A stretch of 63,887 nucleotides of DNA, counting the filler, from Octopus bimaculoides (taxonomy: Eukaryota), in assembly GCF_001194135.2 (NCBI RefSeq). It is 5 parts of 5 records of this genome, joined end to end, with 100 filler letters (N's around TTAATTAATTAA, not from the genome) between each part and the next. Parts side by side here need not be neighbours in the genome. Positions count along the whole stretch, not along the records: positions 33,747 to 58,398 come from NC_068985.1; 4 more parts are not named here. One strand, 5' to 3'. Below the pieces are notes generated by a model that saw only the letters and a program-made list of their open reading frames with translations, had not been told where the DNA came from and did no database searches. Of the stretch, positions 37,725 to 52,805 are shown one piece after another. The position numbers and the translations under genes are program-made. Positions within the stretch are counted from its first letter, which is position 1. Each line of letters begins with the position of its first letter.

Positions 37725-38086
37725 GTATGTATGTATGTATGTATTTATATGTGTGTGTGTGTGTGTGTATGTATATATATATTCATAGTATGTTATATAC
37801 AAATGTACATATATACATTACATACATATGCATATATACTACAAACATATAAACCAATTTATACATTACATATATACATGCCTTCACCAATTTATCTTAC
37901 ACATGGTCCATTGGCGATTTCTTCTCCTCCTCCTCCTTCTTTGGACTTTTCCCTTTCTCCTTTCCAACAAAGAGCTGTGCTTGAAACATTAAACTCTCTC
38001 CTTTCACTGAGCGTCAAGCTAATATACTTCTTGTGCATGTCCACTTGTTCATTGTTTTTCTTTCTTTGTTTTTTATTTGAATTGAC

Positions 38087-38122
<36 letters not shown>

Positions 38123-38432
38123 NNNNNNNNNNNNNNNNNNNNNNNNNNNNNNNNNNNNNNNNNNNNNNNNNNNNNNNNNNNNNNNNNNNNNNNNNNNNNN
38201 NNNNNNNNNNNNNNNNNNNNNNNNNNNNNNNNNNNNNNNNNNNNNNNNNNNNNNNNNNNNNNNNNNNNNNNNNNNNNNNNNNNNNNNNNNNNNNNNNNNN
38301 NNNNNNNNNNNNNNNNNNNNNNNNNNNNNNNNNNNNNNNNNNNNNNNNNNNNNNNNNNNNNNNNNNNNNNNNNNNNNNNNNNNNNNNNNNNNNNNNNNNN
38401 NNNNNNNNNNNNNNNNNNNNNNNNNNNNNNNN

Positions 38433-38481
<49 letters not shown>

Positions 38482-38567
38482 CACACACACCCACATATAT
38501 ACAATACATATGCATGGACATGCATGTATACACTCTTGCAAATGCAACTGTGTGATGTTTTGTATGT

Positions 38568-38603
<36 letters not shown>

Positions 38604-39174
38604 GACTTTGGTGGGTAACACATGATTATTATTGACCTGCACACATCAAGAGTTATTAATAATTATGTATGTTGGGAAGTCATCCATTTCCCAAGATGAT
38701 TCCTTCTGTGACCAAAACATAACAGGACCCTTTATTTCACATGTCCCTGGGTAGATTCATTGAGGATGGTAAATTGAATTATTTATCTTGGCTAACTTTA
38801 ATAAACATTCATCGAAGCCATTGAGTCAGTTCAAGAGACATGAACAGCTACAAAATGGATGAATTTAGAGAAGAATTTTATTGGAATACTCAATGTGTAA
38901 GGGTGAAACATGTCCATGATTACCACTCTAAGGACCTTTTTATTGGATATTGTCTTTAAAATACCGTTGCAAGAATTTTGGACAACACATGCCATCACAG
39001 AAGGAAAAGGACACAACAAAGATATATACCTACACACTTATATGTGTGTGTGTATGCATGTGTGTTAACTATTGAGTCACACGTACACATATATACACAC
39101 AGACAAACATTTACACACACACACACATTTACAAACTCATATATATACATGCATATACATGCATATAATGACAT

Positions 39175-39205
<31 letters not shown>

Positions 39206-39568
39206 CACATATCTATCGATTGAGACATGTATACATGCACACACATGCATACATATATATGCATATACACACACATGCAAACACACACACATGCATACAC
39301 ATATTGTCCTTCGACCTCTGAACACTGGTATCTTTAAAATGTGGTACGTAGGTACCCGTATGTACATGTGTATGTTGATGTACCACTGTACCTGTGCATG
39401 CATGTGTGTTGCATGTATGCTTGTGTGTTTGTGCACACTTAACAAATGTGTGAAGTTTTACATTGACAAGAACTCTCTTTGATGGCTTTGTTTCTTCACA
39501 TTCATTTCCTTCTTCTGTTTTAAATATACACACAGCTATACATACATAGATACATACATACAGTATCA

Positions 39569-39648
<80 letters not shown>

Positions 39649-40327
39649 CGTGTATATGTTCTTTGCTTTAATATAATTTTTTCCCCCATGATTCTGTGTG
39701 TAGGTGTGTATGTACATCATTAAATGCAGTTTGTTNNNNNNNNNNNNNNNNNNNNNNNNNNNNNNNNNNNNNNNNNNNNNNNNNNNNNNNNNNNNNNNNN
39801 NNNNNNNNNNNNNNNNNNNNNNNNNNNNNNNNNNNNNNNNNNNNNNNNNNNNNNNNNNNNNNNNNNNNNNNNNNNNNNNNNNNNNNNNNNNNNNNNNNNN
39901 NNNNNNNNNNNNNNNNNNNNNNNNNNNNNNNNNNNNNNNNNNNNNNNNNNNNNNNNNNNNNNNNNNNNNNNNNNNNNNNNNNNNNNNNNNNNNNNNNNNN
40001 NNNNNNNNNNNNNNNNNNNNNNNNNNNNNNNNNNNNNNNNNNNNNNNNNNNNNNNNNNNNNNNNNNNNNNNNNNNNNNNNNNNNNNNNNNNNNNNNNNNN
40101 NNNNNNNNNNNNNNNNNNNNNNNNNNNNNNNNNNNNNNNNNNNNNNNNNNNNNNNNNNNNNNNNNNNNNNNNNNNNNNNNNNNNNNNNNNNNNNNNNNNN
40201 NNNNNNNNNNNNNNNNNNNNNNNNNNNNNNNNNNNNNNNNNNNNNNNNNNNNNNNNNNNNNNNNNNNNNNNNNNNNNNNNNNNNNNNNNNNNNNNNNNNN
40301 NNNNNNNNNNNNNCATATATATATATA

Positions 40328-40363
<36 letters not shown>

Positions 40364-41349
40364 CATGGCTGAATGGTTAAGAATTTCACTTTGCAACATC
40401 ATGGTTTCAGTTTCATTTGCACTGTGTGGCACCTTGAGAAAGCAACTTTCACAACATATCTACATTAATTGTGATATACAGATGCTGTTCTAATCTAACC
40501 ATGCTTTCGTTGCTAATAACATATTCTATTCAGCAGAGTGGCTAATTACAATATGTGATTTTACAATCTCTATCTTCCTATATTAGAAGCAGCAGATTTT
40601 GTCTTAGCGTGCAGCTGGCAGGGAGTACATGTTACTGACAAAGCCCAATCATGTAGAAATACACATCTAGCATTCTCACTGCAGCTGCTGGATGATATTT
40701 GTCTGCTACTGATATATATTGTTGTGCTTTTGAACACAGAATATTCATTAGAGGAATCAATCCTGGACAAAATCTGCAGTTATTTTGCCATTTGTGATGT
40801 ACTTGCATTAAGTTTGATACATGTCTTGATTTTGCAAATAGTGTTGTTCTCATTAACTGTAGATCTACCAGTGTTCAACAAGTCTGATTTGGTCACCAGT
40901 GATTTATGCAGCCTCTGTCACCATAGTTGAAAAGAAAATTCTTTTCTGGGATCAATACTGCAGCATCAGAATTCTTCCTTAATCATCTTTTGCCCTCAAA
41001 GATCCCTTCATGCATATTAGAATCTGGGGACAATTTTGTGAATGGTGTTTCCCCAGACCTAGTGACTGGAGGTTGTATTAGACCTCTGGTGACAATCAGT
41101 GTGACAAGTACCAAAGGATTTCTTCAGAGAGTTCTGGAACCTTTACCACCACTTTCTAGTGGTAATCACTGGAATGTTTTCCATAGAGTACATTTAATGG
41201 AAAAACCATTATTAATAAATATACATATTTGTAAATATATCATCAGATTTTTTAATGATATATTGACATAAATATATCTAATTATCTGCATGTCAATCTA
41301 TCTATATATCAATATGTTATGGAGGTCTCCCTCTCTCTCTTTTCTTTCT

Positions 41350-41438
<89 letters not shown>

Positions 41439-41627
41439 AGTATATATGCATGTGTATATGTATACATGAATACATAAATATATAGGAGACAGTCATTTAC
41501 TGATGATGGTGATGAGACTCATACACACACACATACATGTGTGTGTCTATGTATGTGTGTGTGTGTATATACACATATGTATGCATATATACATATATAT
41601 ATGTATACATACATATGCATGTATGCA

Positions 41628-41670
<43 letters not shown>

Positions 41671-43300
41671 GTGTGTGCGTATGTACATATATGTGTGTGT
41701 GTATATATGTGTGTATGTATGTATAAATGCATACACACATTTGTATATATGTAACCTAGGTATTATGCTATAACACACATAAAACATAATTTCAAATGGT
41801 TATTTTCTTATTTGTCATATTTTCCTATACTTAATATATTTTCACAAATCTAATTGAAATTAGCTTCAGGTTATAAAAGTGCTAATGACAAGTTGATTAA
41901 CATTAATTAGTTTTTTTTTTTAAATGTTTCCACACATTTCATGTTTTCTTCCTGCTGACATTTTGATTGCAAAATCTTCTTAAATTTCATTTTCACATTT
42001 TCTGTCTCCATTCTTGCAAGGATTCGGCAGATATTTGGGGCGGGACTTATTCAATGTCAGACAGTAGCTTTGATCCTCCTTTTTAGGGTCTCTGAGATGG
42101 AGAGTCTGAAAGGGGACTGGATTCCATGACTCATGTTTCTATTGTTGAAAAGAGTTCATTAGACTTTCACGTTAACCTCACAGGTGAAACCCTCGTCCAG
42201 TTTAGACTCCTGTAAATTTATGCAACAATCCTTATAGCTGTGGTATTACAAAATGTGACAGATTACGTTTTCAGCCCCAAAATATTTAGGGTTTGACAGG
42301 CTTCACCACAGTTTCCATCAAACCAGGGTTTTAGCTGACTCAAGGCTGTGGTAGAAATCCAAATTAGTTAGATGGAAAGCTTTTGGAAGTATAACAGATA
42401 ACTGTAATTTCAAGGCCCAACTTTGTGTCACTCTGATTTTTCTATATCAGAGAATTACATTTCGAGTACTTGTGTCTGTGGAACACTCAACCACTTCTGC
42501 ATAAAATTTTGCTCAGTGGTATTGACCATAGAACCAAATGAATGCAAGGAAACTTGATGATCACATGTGCATATCTGCATCATACTACGGGAGAATATTG
42601 AATTAAAATTGGTTTTAAAATGTGGCACAATGCTAAGAATATGAGGTGAAGGGGTAGGTTGATTACCAGCTTGCTACCTTATGTTGAATTAATATTGATT
42701 TCTAAGGCACAAAGTCAAACTTTTGGAGTGGGGTGTGTTCTATTATATCGACCTTTATTGGTATTTTTTTTACATAGACTATCCGCAGCTGCTGGACTGT
42801 TTTAACAGCATGATAAATTCCCAAGCAAAGCATTTATATTTATATATTTACTAACAGCAAGCTACAGTATATGTAGATTAGCAATTGGTCCTTAAAGCCA
42901 TGAAGCCTTTTGGGCAACAATACTGTGTACTGCCTTAAAGTGGTACTGCCAAGAGGACAGAGAGAAAAGTCTGCCCCAACAGGTTTTGAACACTTCAGAA
43001 TATAACAGTGATACAACTAAATATGTAGCACAAGATACGTCCTCTGATGACCTACTAACGATTCTGCCAGTCCACTGATATTATTTAAATTAATTACTGA
43101 CATGACTAAAGAACGGGCCTAGATTAATATGCATTGATGATTGTGTAAATTTGTTTTCGTGTGTAAGAAAAAAATGAAGAATTAAAAGTAAAAATAAATT
43201 AAAAAAACTTTGTACACAGATGAGCTGTGTTAAATGATAGTGCTTAGACATGATGGAGGTTTAATTGCTTCTCAGTAAAAATGACTGCATAAAAGACAGC

Positions 43301-43349
<49 letters not shown>

Positions 43350-44056
43350 TGATGATAATGATGATGATGATGAATAAATAAATTATATAAGATGAATAAA
43401 TAAACAAACACCAATTAGATTTTAAAAGAATGGTTATTAACATTGTATTAGGTAGGAATGGTATGTTTATAGCAGAAATAAAATAGAATAGTAACAATAA
43501 TACACAAAGAAATAAACTGAAAAAAAAAGGATTTAAGTTAAAATATAAACTAAGTGATAAAAACTATTAAGTATATGTTTTTTTTTGTTTTGTTTTATTC
43601 TTATTTTTGGTTTATCTCAAGATTCTGAGACTAAAATAAGTAGATAAATAAATATATATAAATAATTCAAATTTTGTAATATTTTTTTAAAGTTACACAA
43701 CTGTTTTGGTAAAAAGGGACAAAAAAGAATGACAGAAAATAAATTGCATATAAATATGGACTAAATGGACATATATGTGTGTTTCATTGCGTGTGTGTAT
43801 CTATATGTGTACACAAATATATACATGTGTGTGTACGTATATATATATATATATGCAAACTCACTCTCTCATACACACACACACACAAAATTGTATGTAT
43901 GTATATGCAAACAAAACATGCACAATTTCAGAATATTGCTGTGAGATTATTTAAATATTATATAAGATAATTTAAATGCCATAAGAAAACATGTGACATT
44001 AACTATGAAGAAAAATGAAAAATAAAAAAGAGTAAAATATATTTTTAAAACCTTAC

Positions 44057-44098
44057 CTTGATTACTTAAGCATAACTGAAGAAGATTTGCTCATGATA
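44057..44098 (-). other. Candidate 42-nt non-coding/UTR exon
   Basis: Strong acceptor TTTTCTTTATATTTCAG and donor CAAG|GTAAGG; stops in all three frames. Confidence 0.35.
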
Positions 44099-44423
44099 CT
44101 GAAATATAAAGAAAAGACACATAAATATGTGTATATGCACACATACAACCATTTATATATATATATACACTTATACAGATATATGGAAGCACTTACGTAA
44201 ATATATATAGATATGTATACACAAACACATACAGTGTACTGAGCAAAGACAGGAGAAAGACAAAAGAAAAGGGACAAGTTTTAGTAGAAAAGTTATTAGT
44301 GTAATGTTTCAAAAGAAAGAAAAATGTCATTCAATGTTTTGGATGCTAATCCTTCATCAGAGAAAAGAATGAAGGGAAAACAGTGGTAGAAATTAAAAAA
44401 AAAAAGATTTAGGAACCAGGTGG

Positions 44424-44470
<47 letters not shown>

Positions 44471-44796
44471 GTATATCCTAGCTTTCAAAAATGAACATAC
44501 TGGACATCAGCGTGTCATCAGGGATGATTAAAATGGTTGGCACTGGAATAGGCATCTGACTGTAAAAGACTACCACTTGAAAGAGTTGTTCAACCCAATC
44601 TTTCATGAAAAAGTAAATATTAACAAAATGATGATAGATGTATGCAAAATGGTGATATGTGTATGACCGTCTCTTGTACCTCCACTTTAGATCCATCATA
44701 GCATCTGATGTGGCTTCTTAAACCAGACAATGTATTGAAAAGACACCCACATAGATTGCATATCCGATTTGGACCACCAAGAGCTGCAGTTAAGTT

Positions 44797-45120
44797 CTAA
44801 TTTTCATGGATCTTAAAATGTCTTTTGAGGCATTCTGTTAGATTTCCAGACCTTGTGGCATACACGACATTGAAACGTGTGCACAGACATAAAGGCAGAA
44901 TAGTTGGTGGAGGTTCGTTTTTTTCATGGGTCCTCAAATGAGATTTGAGCCCAGCAAAAGAAAGGCATAGTCTGTCACAGACTGTGCTCACAAAAAGCTC
45001 ACTGAGATTCACCATCTCGACTGCTGCATCCTTCTTTAAATCTTTCACGAGACTTGCACAAGATATCCTGGCCTCCTCAAATGCTTTCACTCCACTGCAC
45101 ACTCTGAAATGGATGTGCAA
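44797..45120 (-). mobile_element. RTE-clade LINE C-terminus with zinc-finger-like motifs
   Basis: GVKAFEEAR...VCDRLCLSFAGLKSHLRTH...CTR...LKRHFKIH resembles the C-terminal Cys/His motifs of RTE ORFs. Confidence 0.7.
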
Positions 45121-45124
45121 TCTC

Positions 45125-45235
45125 TTGTATCTGCATTTGACACAGCTTGTAAGGATTTTGGCTCAACCATCAACTTGAAAAAAACAGTTGTAATGTTTTA
45201 ACCTGCATGGGGTGCTGTTTGCAACTCCCCTAAAG
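45125..45235 (+). mobile_element. RTE RT fragment in the opposite orientation to the adjacent C-terminus
   Basis: FDTACKDFGSTINLKKTVVMF resembles the end of the RT domain (FGLTINxKKTxVM). Confidence 0.7.
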
Positions 45236-45326
45236 TATATATATGCATATATATATATATGCAGGTGTGTGTGTGTGTATGTGTGTGTATATGTATGTAT
45301 GTCTGTCTGTATGTATATGTATACAT

Positions 45327-45366
<40 letters not shown>

Positions 45367-45439
45367 TTAGCATATTAACTATACTGCTTGTCCCTAATAT
45401 TATTCTTATTATATATATATATATGTGTGTGTGAGGAGA

Positions 45440-45645
45440 CCCCCTTCGGTCACGAATGACCATGGGATTGCACCTAGAAAGTTACCCTCCGAGGCACAAG
45501 TCCGGGCAAGGTTGTTTATGGAAGGCCAGCAGTCACCCATGAATACCAGCCTCCCCTCTCCACACCACTGATGTTATCCAAGGGAAAGGCAAAGGGGCTG
45601 ATACAGCTTGGTGACAGTGATGTCACAACACATTTCTAAAGCTGA
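45440..45645 (-). mobile_element. SINE family C, 5'-truncated
   Basis: Matches the copies at 9913 and 26858. Confidence 0.87.
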
Positions 45646-46348
45646 GTCTATCTTTTATTCTGAATGAGAGACCTTTTGTCACCAGTGGAAGTATGAGCTC
45701 TCTGAACTTTGCCCAGGCTATTCTTATTCTAGCAGCTACACACTCAGAGCAACCCCTCCCCGCCACTACAGATTTGGTCACCTAGGTAACAGAAGTCATC
45801 AACCACTTGTAGTTTTTTCCCCTGGAATGTGACGAAAGCTGTTTTCTGCATATTTCAGTTTTTATTGCCCCTGACCATTTGCCAACACACCCACATACAT
45901 TTATATCCATGCATACATTACACACACATGCATGCACATCGCAATTGCATTGCAGGAGAGCCATTCCAGCCATTTAATGACACAAAGCTGCTAATTTTAC
46001 TTTAAATTGAATGTGAAAGTGAATTTATCAGTTGTGTGTGTTAGGTAGTGGCTTTTCTACAAAGTCATGGTTTTAAATTGTACAGTCCCAGATCAAGTCA
46101 CTTGCCTCTCAAGTAAAACCCTGGCATATACATACACACACACACACACACACATTTATACAGTTTATAATCTATTTTCATCATTATCTCTTAACTGATA
46201 CATGTTTTCATTGAATAACTGACCACTGATAAATACTTTATTTCATAAACACCACATCTCAGCCATCTTAATCCAGCTATGGGATAAGGAAGATATGGAA
46301 ACACCCTGAATGATAACAGCAATCACAGCACTACAAGAAATACATACA

Positions 46349-46464
<116 letters not shown>

Positions 46465-47159
46465 TTTTATAGTTTGGAGAAGACAGAAAAACACACAACT
46501 TCAAGAAATTTTGATGTTTGAGAATTGCAGAATGAAAAATCAAATTCATGAACAACACTGATATTAAGATGGAATAACCTCTGACATTTAATATATTGCA
46601 AAAGAAAAAATAGAGAAAAAGTGTGAGAGAGAGAGAGTGGATGAAATTTGAAGTTATATTAAAAGCACATATATCAAACATCAGTCGCACTTTGAAATCT
46701 ATATTTCAAGCTGTATAGTTAATATGCTGAATATATTTACTGAAACATCATGTGTTAATGGTGCTTTTCTTATTCAACTTGCTTCTGAAAATGCAAGCCG
46801 CTTTCATTTACTACATCTGTAGCAACCTTAACAACAGAATCTAATACTACATATACATACATACACAAATATGCACGTACACACACACACACACACACAC
46901 AGATACCATCATTTATCATCAACATAATCATCATCATCTTGTGTCCACATTTCATGCTAACACGGATTAGACAGTTTGAAAGGATCCAACAGGTCAGAGC
47001 TGCAATATCTATTTTGGTCTGGTTTTGGTGGCTGGAAACCCTTCCGAGCATCACCCACCTTACACACTGGGTGTTTTTCTTTAGTGTCAGTGGCACTGTT
47101 GAGGGTACCAAGTACCTCGCAAGACATTTAATATGTTGCAAAAGGAAAATAAATAATTG

Positions 47160-48045
47160 AAGGGGGCTGTAGTGTTGAGGTGGGTGGCTTATACCAGCTG
47201 TTGAGAGGCAACAGCGAACCCCCAACTAGAAAAGGGAGAGAAGAAGATGGTTGTGATGGGGTGCCTGGTACAAGAGGAGGATAGGGACAGAGAAATGGGT
47301 GACGGGAAGAAGGAGGAAGGAGTAGATAAGTCCATGAGAATGTGAGGTGAGTGAGAGATTGTTCAAAGTAACGAATAGGGGTACAGGTAATACAGTGAAT
47401 GGGAAACAAGTGAGAGAGAGCATAGCTAACGCTGAATATCAGTTTAGGGGCAGGTGAAAGAAAAAGGAGTGGGTCAGGGAGAAAGGGGCTGGTAAGTGAC
47501 AAGAGAAAAAGTGGGGGTTGCATTGTAATAAAACTCAGAAAAGCAGGCAATAAGGAGATGATGAAAAGTATGGGAAGGAGAGAATGAGGATTGCTCAGTG
47601 ACAAGAGTGGAGATCAGGGGTTTATAGGAGTGGATGAAGTGGGGGGAAGGGATTCGTTAGCCAATATGAGATGGTGTTCACTAGTGGTATGGGATGATGT
47701 TGAGAATGCAAGGTGGGTGGCTCCAAAGAGAAGGCAAACTAGTGGCACAAAAGTGTGGTGGCTGTAATATGTGCCTCTCTGTTTTCATATAATTAGAGCA
47801 GCAGAGGAAGTGCCGTAGTTAGGAGAGTGATGAGGGAATGGGTTATGAGAAGATGAGTTGTAGGGAAGGCTTGAATGCAAGAGAATTGGTAAAAATAAGC
47901 TTTCAAGACATCATTTTCACCATGGTGTACACAAGGGAACAAGTCTTCTCAAGTACAGCAAATCACCAGTTGTCTCAGTCTTTTGTCATCTTTTCCATGA
48001 AGCTCAACATCTCTAGGTCAGTCTTCAGTACTTTGTCCCAGGTCT
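47160..48045 (-). mobile_element. Old RTE LINE 3' end plus a pyrimidine-rich putative 3' region
   Basis: 47900-48045 translates [33 protein letters not shown], a typical RTE terminus. Assignment of the CT-rich 47160-47900 part is inferred. Confidence 0.6.
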
Positions 48046-48061
48046 TATAAATGGCATATAC

Positions 48062-48165
<104 letters not shown>

Positions 48166-48532
48166 TAATATCTATCTGTCTCTCTATCTACCCATCTATC
48201 TTTTTACATTCCATATCTATATCTATATATGCTATATACCATATACATATGCCACTGCTTGCCATACCAGTCATAACCTGTGCACACACTAGTCCAGTGA
48301 TTAGTGCTGAGAAACAAAGAACAAGAACTGACTCAAAATTCCTCCTCCAATCAATTATCTTATGGTACTTTGACTATCAATTACATTTTGTTTTACAAGC
48401 ACACATGCATATAGCTCAGGGAAAATACCATTTCTTCTAAATGTAGCAAGAAAGTCACAAAATATTCCACTCTCTGAAGAATTGCACGATGAAACTGACA
48501 GCCATTATGATATATCAATCTTTCCAATTTCC

Positions 48533-48581
<49 letters not shown>

Positions 48582-49199
48582 GCAGATATGGTGGAATCTG
48601 CTGTCGAGTATTCAGTTTTTGTTGAATGACCTGCACAAATAATTTGTTTATGGTGATCAAATGTTCATGCTGTACGTTAGCTCACCTGTCCCTCCATCAA
48701 ATCAATGTTGCCTGAACAGGTGCACAATGTACCATATGTCAGGTGTTGAAGTGATTGCAGAATAATGTGAGATGAAGTGCTTTGCTCAAGAACACAATGT
48801 ACCACCCATTTTAGGAATTGAAACCCTGATCTTATGGCTGTGAGTGCAACCCCCTAACCACTCAGCCATGCACCTCACACACACACAGATGCTCATGTTG
48901 TTCTTTCTGACTCATTTTGTTGCAAGCCAGAGGCTTTGGTGTGTGTGTGTGACCCTTCAGGCAATAATAATAACCTATTTTTTCCTTAAAAGACCATTTA
49001 TAATAATTGTGCGATTTATCCTCAACAAATCAATAAACAAACTCATCTACATGCCCTGAGTAACTTTCCTTCCCACTGTCTAGCATCTTTGGCTAGTACC
49101 TTCTACAATAGCCATGGGTTGATATGAATAAGTAAAACCTTTTAAAGGTTTTGCTTTTACTTTCCATATTCATTTCCATCTTTCCTTTCACCCACTTAT

Positions 49200-49490
49200 T
49201 TTAATTTTTCTTTAATCTTTCCTCAGAACTCATTACATGACTCAACCATGTCATCCCATTCCTCTTTGCAACATCCATCATTGATTTTACACCCATCGTT
49301 TCTTGTAATTTGTCATTGTCTTCCTCCTTCCTGCTAATAGTCTGCTCATCTATTCTACCATCCACATTTCCATCTTTTATGGACCTCTCACCTGTTCTGT
49401 ATCTCTTACCATATTTCCTTCCCATAAATCATAGCACTTCCCATTCATGCAGCATAAACATTTCCCTTCAGTCACCAGGTTAGATTATTC
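49200..49490 (-). mobile_element. Degenerate RTE LINE fragment
   Basis: KGNVYAA*MGSAMIYGKEIW and ...LQETMGVKSMMDVAKRNGMTWLSHVM match the RTE post-RT motifs LYGSETW and RLRWFGHV. Confidence 0.7.
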
Positions 49491-52400
49491 TTTAAAAAGA
49501 TACCAAAAAAGTTTGGATGGTCACAATCGGAATGCTTATGGTCATAGATCTGCTCGATCAGGTCTAGCCTTGGGCTAAACAACAACAGTTCAGTACTAAG
49601 ATAACTCCAAGACAAGAATAAGTCTTTATTTGAGAAGATAAATACACCTGTTATAGGATAAAGGCAGTTCTAGAGTGAACCACTCTGAGGGAATGAGAAA
49701 CCATTATTATACTTTAATTCTGACTAGAAGCTACTACAGAATCAATATTAACAAGCTGTGCCAAAAACACATCACTATTCTTAGGAGAGAAAAGACAAGC
49801 TATGGTAAAAGATTTTATTTTGGAAAACAATTCCAGTATCTTCCAACACACTGTCCATCCTAACACCTGGTTAAAATCAAAGCCTAAGAGAATTAAAATC
49901 AATAATACCAAAAAAACAACAACAACAAACAAACAAATAGATAAAATAAAACTAGTGAACACATTTGTTATTTAATATTGTCTAAATTAATTCCAAAAAA
50001 TAACAATCTTTCTCATGATCAAACAGATATTTTTCAACATTGCTTTCGTAATTTTAGCGTCACAGTTAATTTTGGGTGAAAAGAATTTCCCGAAGAAAAA
50101 CTTCAAATAAAACTAAAACAAACATACAAACAAAAAAGAATTAAATTCTGTTTTAGAATATTGATAAACCTATTAATCTGGGGCCTTGTGCAACAGATTT
50201 ATTGGTTGAATCAAGGTGGGAAAATGGCTCAATGAAATTCTATTAGACTCATGCAATTCTCAAGAACAGTCATCATCTTTATTTATTCCTGTTTGAGCCC
50301 AAGAGAAGGAGAATGTATAAGAGTAAAAATTTCCCAAGCCATTCATTTTTTTTTTGTCATTCCATATTTTTAGACAGAAGTGTGTGACTAAAGAAAGATT
50401 AGGCTGTTATTTCTAGGAAGCTTCAGGACTACTCAGAACTTCTATAGCAAATTTTAATAAAATAAAAGTGTAATATCTAAGAATCAGCAGCGTGTGATGA
50501 CCTTAGTAACATTAGAAAATTAACCTTAGGCAAAGGATTACTCGGTTATATTAAATAAAGTTTGTACAAAAATCTTGGAGAAAGAAAGAAAACAACTTCA
50601 GTTGATGCTGAATCAGTCATTGTTTAGCCCTGAGCGAAACTTCATTCAGCAGACATTAGATCAATGAGATTCCAGCCATGACCATTGCATCTATTTTGAC
50701 TTTTTAGAAAGGATGTGTAAAGCCATGTGGCTTAGTAGTTGTGGTCTTACACTCACAATTGCTGCTATATCGTGGGTTTGATTCCCAGGCTGGGTGGTAT
50801 GTGGTGTTCCAGTGCAAAACACTTCATTTTATAACCATGTGAGCATAAATGTAAACAGGCAACTGTTTTGTCTTGTTTTGTTTTTCTTTTCTTTTATTAG
50901 AAATGTGTATTGTATGATACAAATAAAGAGATGATATTATTTCGAATGCAAAGTTGCCATTAAAACAGCAGAAATACTGGATAAATTAACCTTACAAGGC
51001 AGAAAAATTTGCCAATGTTCCATTCTACTCAACTGTAAATGGGTAACCATGTGATGGAATAGTTTTCAGATCGGGGGTGGGGGGAATGTTGACCTGCTCA
51101 CCAAGCTAGTGGGGTGGCATCATTGACAAGCTAAAAACAATGTGAAGTGCATTGTGACCAGTGGTGTACAGCAACATCCGACAGTCTGGTCAATACTGTG
51201 ATACTGTGGAAAATGATGTAAGCCAGAAAATGAATGGAGATGTATAGGTGTATGCAAAGTGGTGTGGTTTATGGGAGTGAGTTATAAAAGTGAGAGGTAG
51301 GTGATGGGAATGTAACAGCTGGGATGGTCGGATAGAAGAGATATGAGATGGGGTTTAATGGTTTAGGGAGGAATCACCGAGAGAAATAAAACCACTGATG
51401 AATGTTGTAAAAGGAAATGGGATGAAATAGATAAGTCATGTGCTGAGAAAGGAGGAAAGTGATTGGATGTGAGGAGTTATGGGAGGAAATAGAGGAAGAG
51501 GAACAGTGAGGGTGTAAAACCAGTGGAGGATTTGTTGATGGAGGGGGGGGGAATGACAAGAATGTCATCATCCATAACTGATTGATTTTCAGAGAAGCAC
51601 AAAAGTAAACAAACACACGGAAAAACACACATATATATGAAAGGCTTCTTTCAGTTTCCATCTTTTAAATCTACTGGTGTTATAATGGAAAGCAATTGTC
51701 CAAGCTACTTTGTACTGAGATTGAACCTGACCAGCACAGTCAGACATTATAGGTGTAAGTATGAATGTGCAATTGAGAAGTTTGCTTCTCAAACCACAGA
51801 TTTGTCTGCACCAATAAAATGTAAAACAAAAAAAAAACTTTTTGGATTATGTAATCTGAGGCAGACAATTTCTGAATCATAAAGAGATTATGGGATGATC
51901 ACGAGTTGAATGCTTTTCATTTCATGTTGACTAGATCTGGCTTAACCTCGGGTTAAACACCTCAAACATCATAGATAACGAACTAATGAAGGAGCTTCTA
52001 TGCTATCACTGAATCTACTAGAAATAGATGCCAAATCCTCAAGTGTTAAAGGAGGACAATAGATTGAATAAGTTAATCCTAACTACACTTCCAAGAAAAA
52101 AAAAAGATCAGATTGGTCATGGGTGGATTGCCTTTGATATGCTTAATTAAGGATGTGCTTGTACAATTACAAAAGAACAAAGAAAGAAGATTGTTCTAAA
52201 AAAAACTACATTGTATTGTTGGAGATACGTCAAGTGATAGAGGTAAACGAGAGAAGTAAATGTGCTTAATGACACTTTAATTCTAAAAGTACAAATAATA
52301 AGACATTTGATAATGGAAGAATAAAGATTAATTACGATTCTAATCCTCTCTTTCAGTTTGATGTTTAGTTTTCAGGTAATTTATTTTAGCATCATGTGTA

Positions 52401-52707
52401 AATCAGAGGATGATGCACTTTTGTATTGAGACTCACTAAATTCTTCACTCATTTGTCACATTTTTTATTCTTTAATCTGACAAAGAGAAGAGTTATTACG
52501 GTTGGTATTTTATGGTGAACAGCAGTTATTGGTGTTGCTTTTAGACAGTCTGTGAGTGAATCTGCTAGAAGGAAAATGAAAGAAGCCTGTTGTACATATA
52601 CCATCATCATCATCATAGTGTCCACTTTTTAATACTCATGTGGCTGGGATGGAACCCATTGAGGCTGATTTTCTAAGACTGCCTTTCCTATCACTAACCC
52701 TCAAGAA

Positions 52708-52805
<98 letters not shown>

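Noticed and set aside
37892-38090. Purine-rich minus-strand open frame ending at a GTAAGA donor
   Set aside because: The acceptor is poor (inside a TG repeat), it is phase-incompatible with the 36683 exon, and purine richness explains the lack of stops.
40927-41271. 114-aa plus-strand ORF
   Set aside because: It has a TTG start, no recognisable domain and an antisense-like composition.
44797-45120. C2H2 zinc-finger gene (a family expanded in octopus)
   Set aside because: There are no TGEKP linkers and the motifs are degenerate. The preceding GVKAFEEAR segment and the adjacent RT fragment indicate an RTE LINE C-terminus.
47128-47604. 158-aa Pro/Leu/Ser-rich minus-strand ORF
   Set aside because: It results from a pyrimidine-rich tract that lacks stop codons, next to an RTE 3' end.
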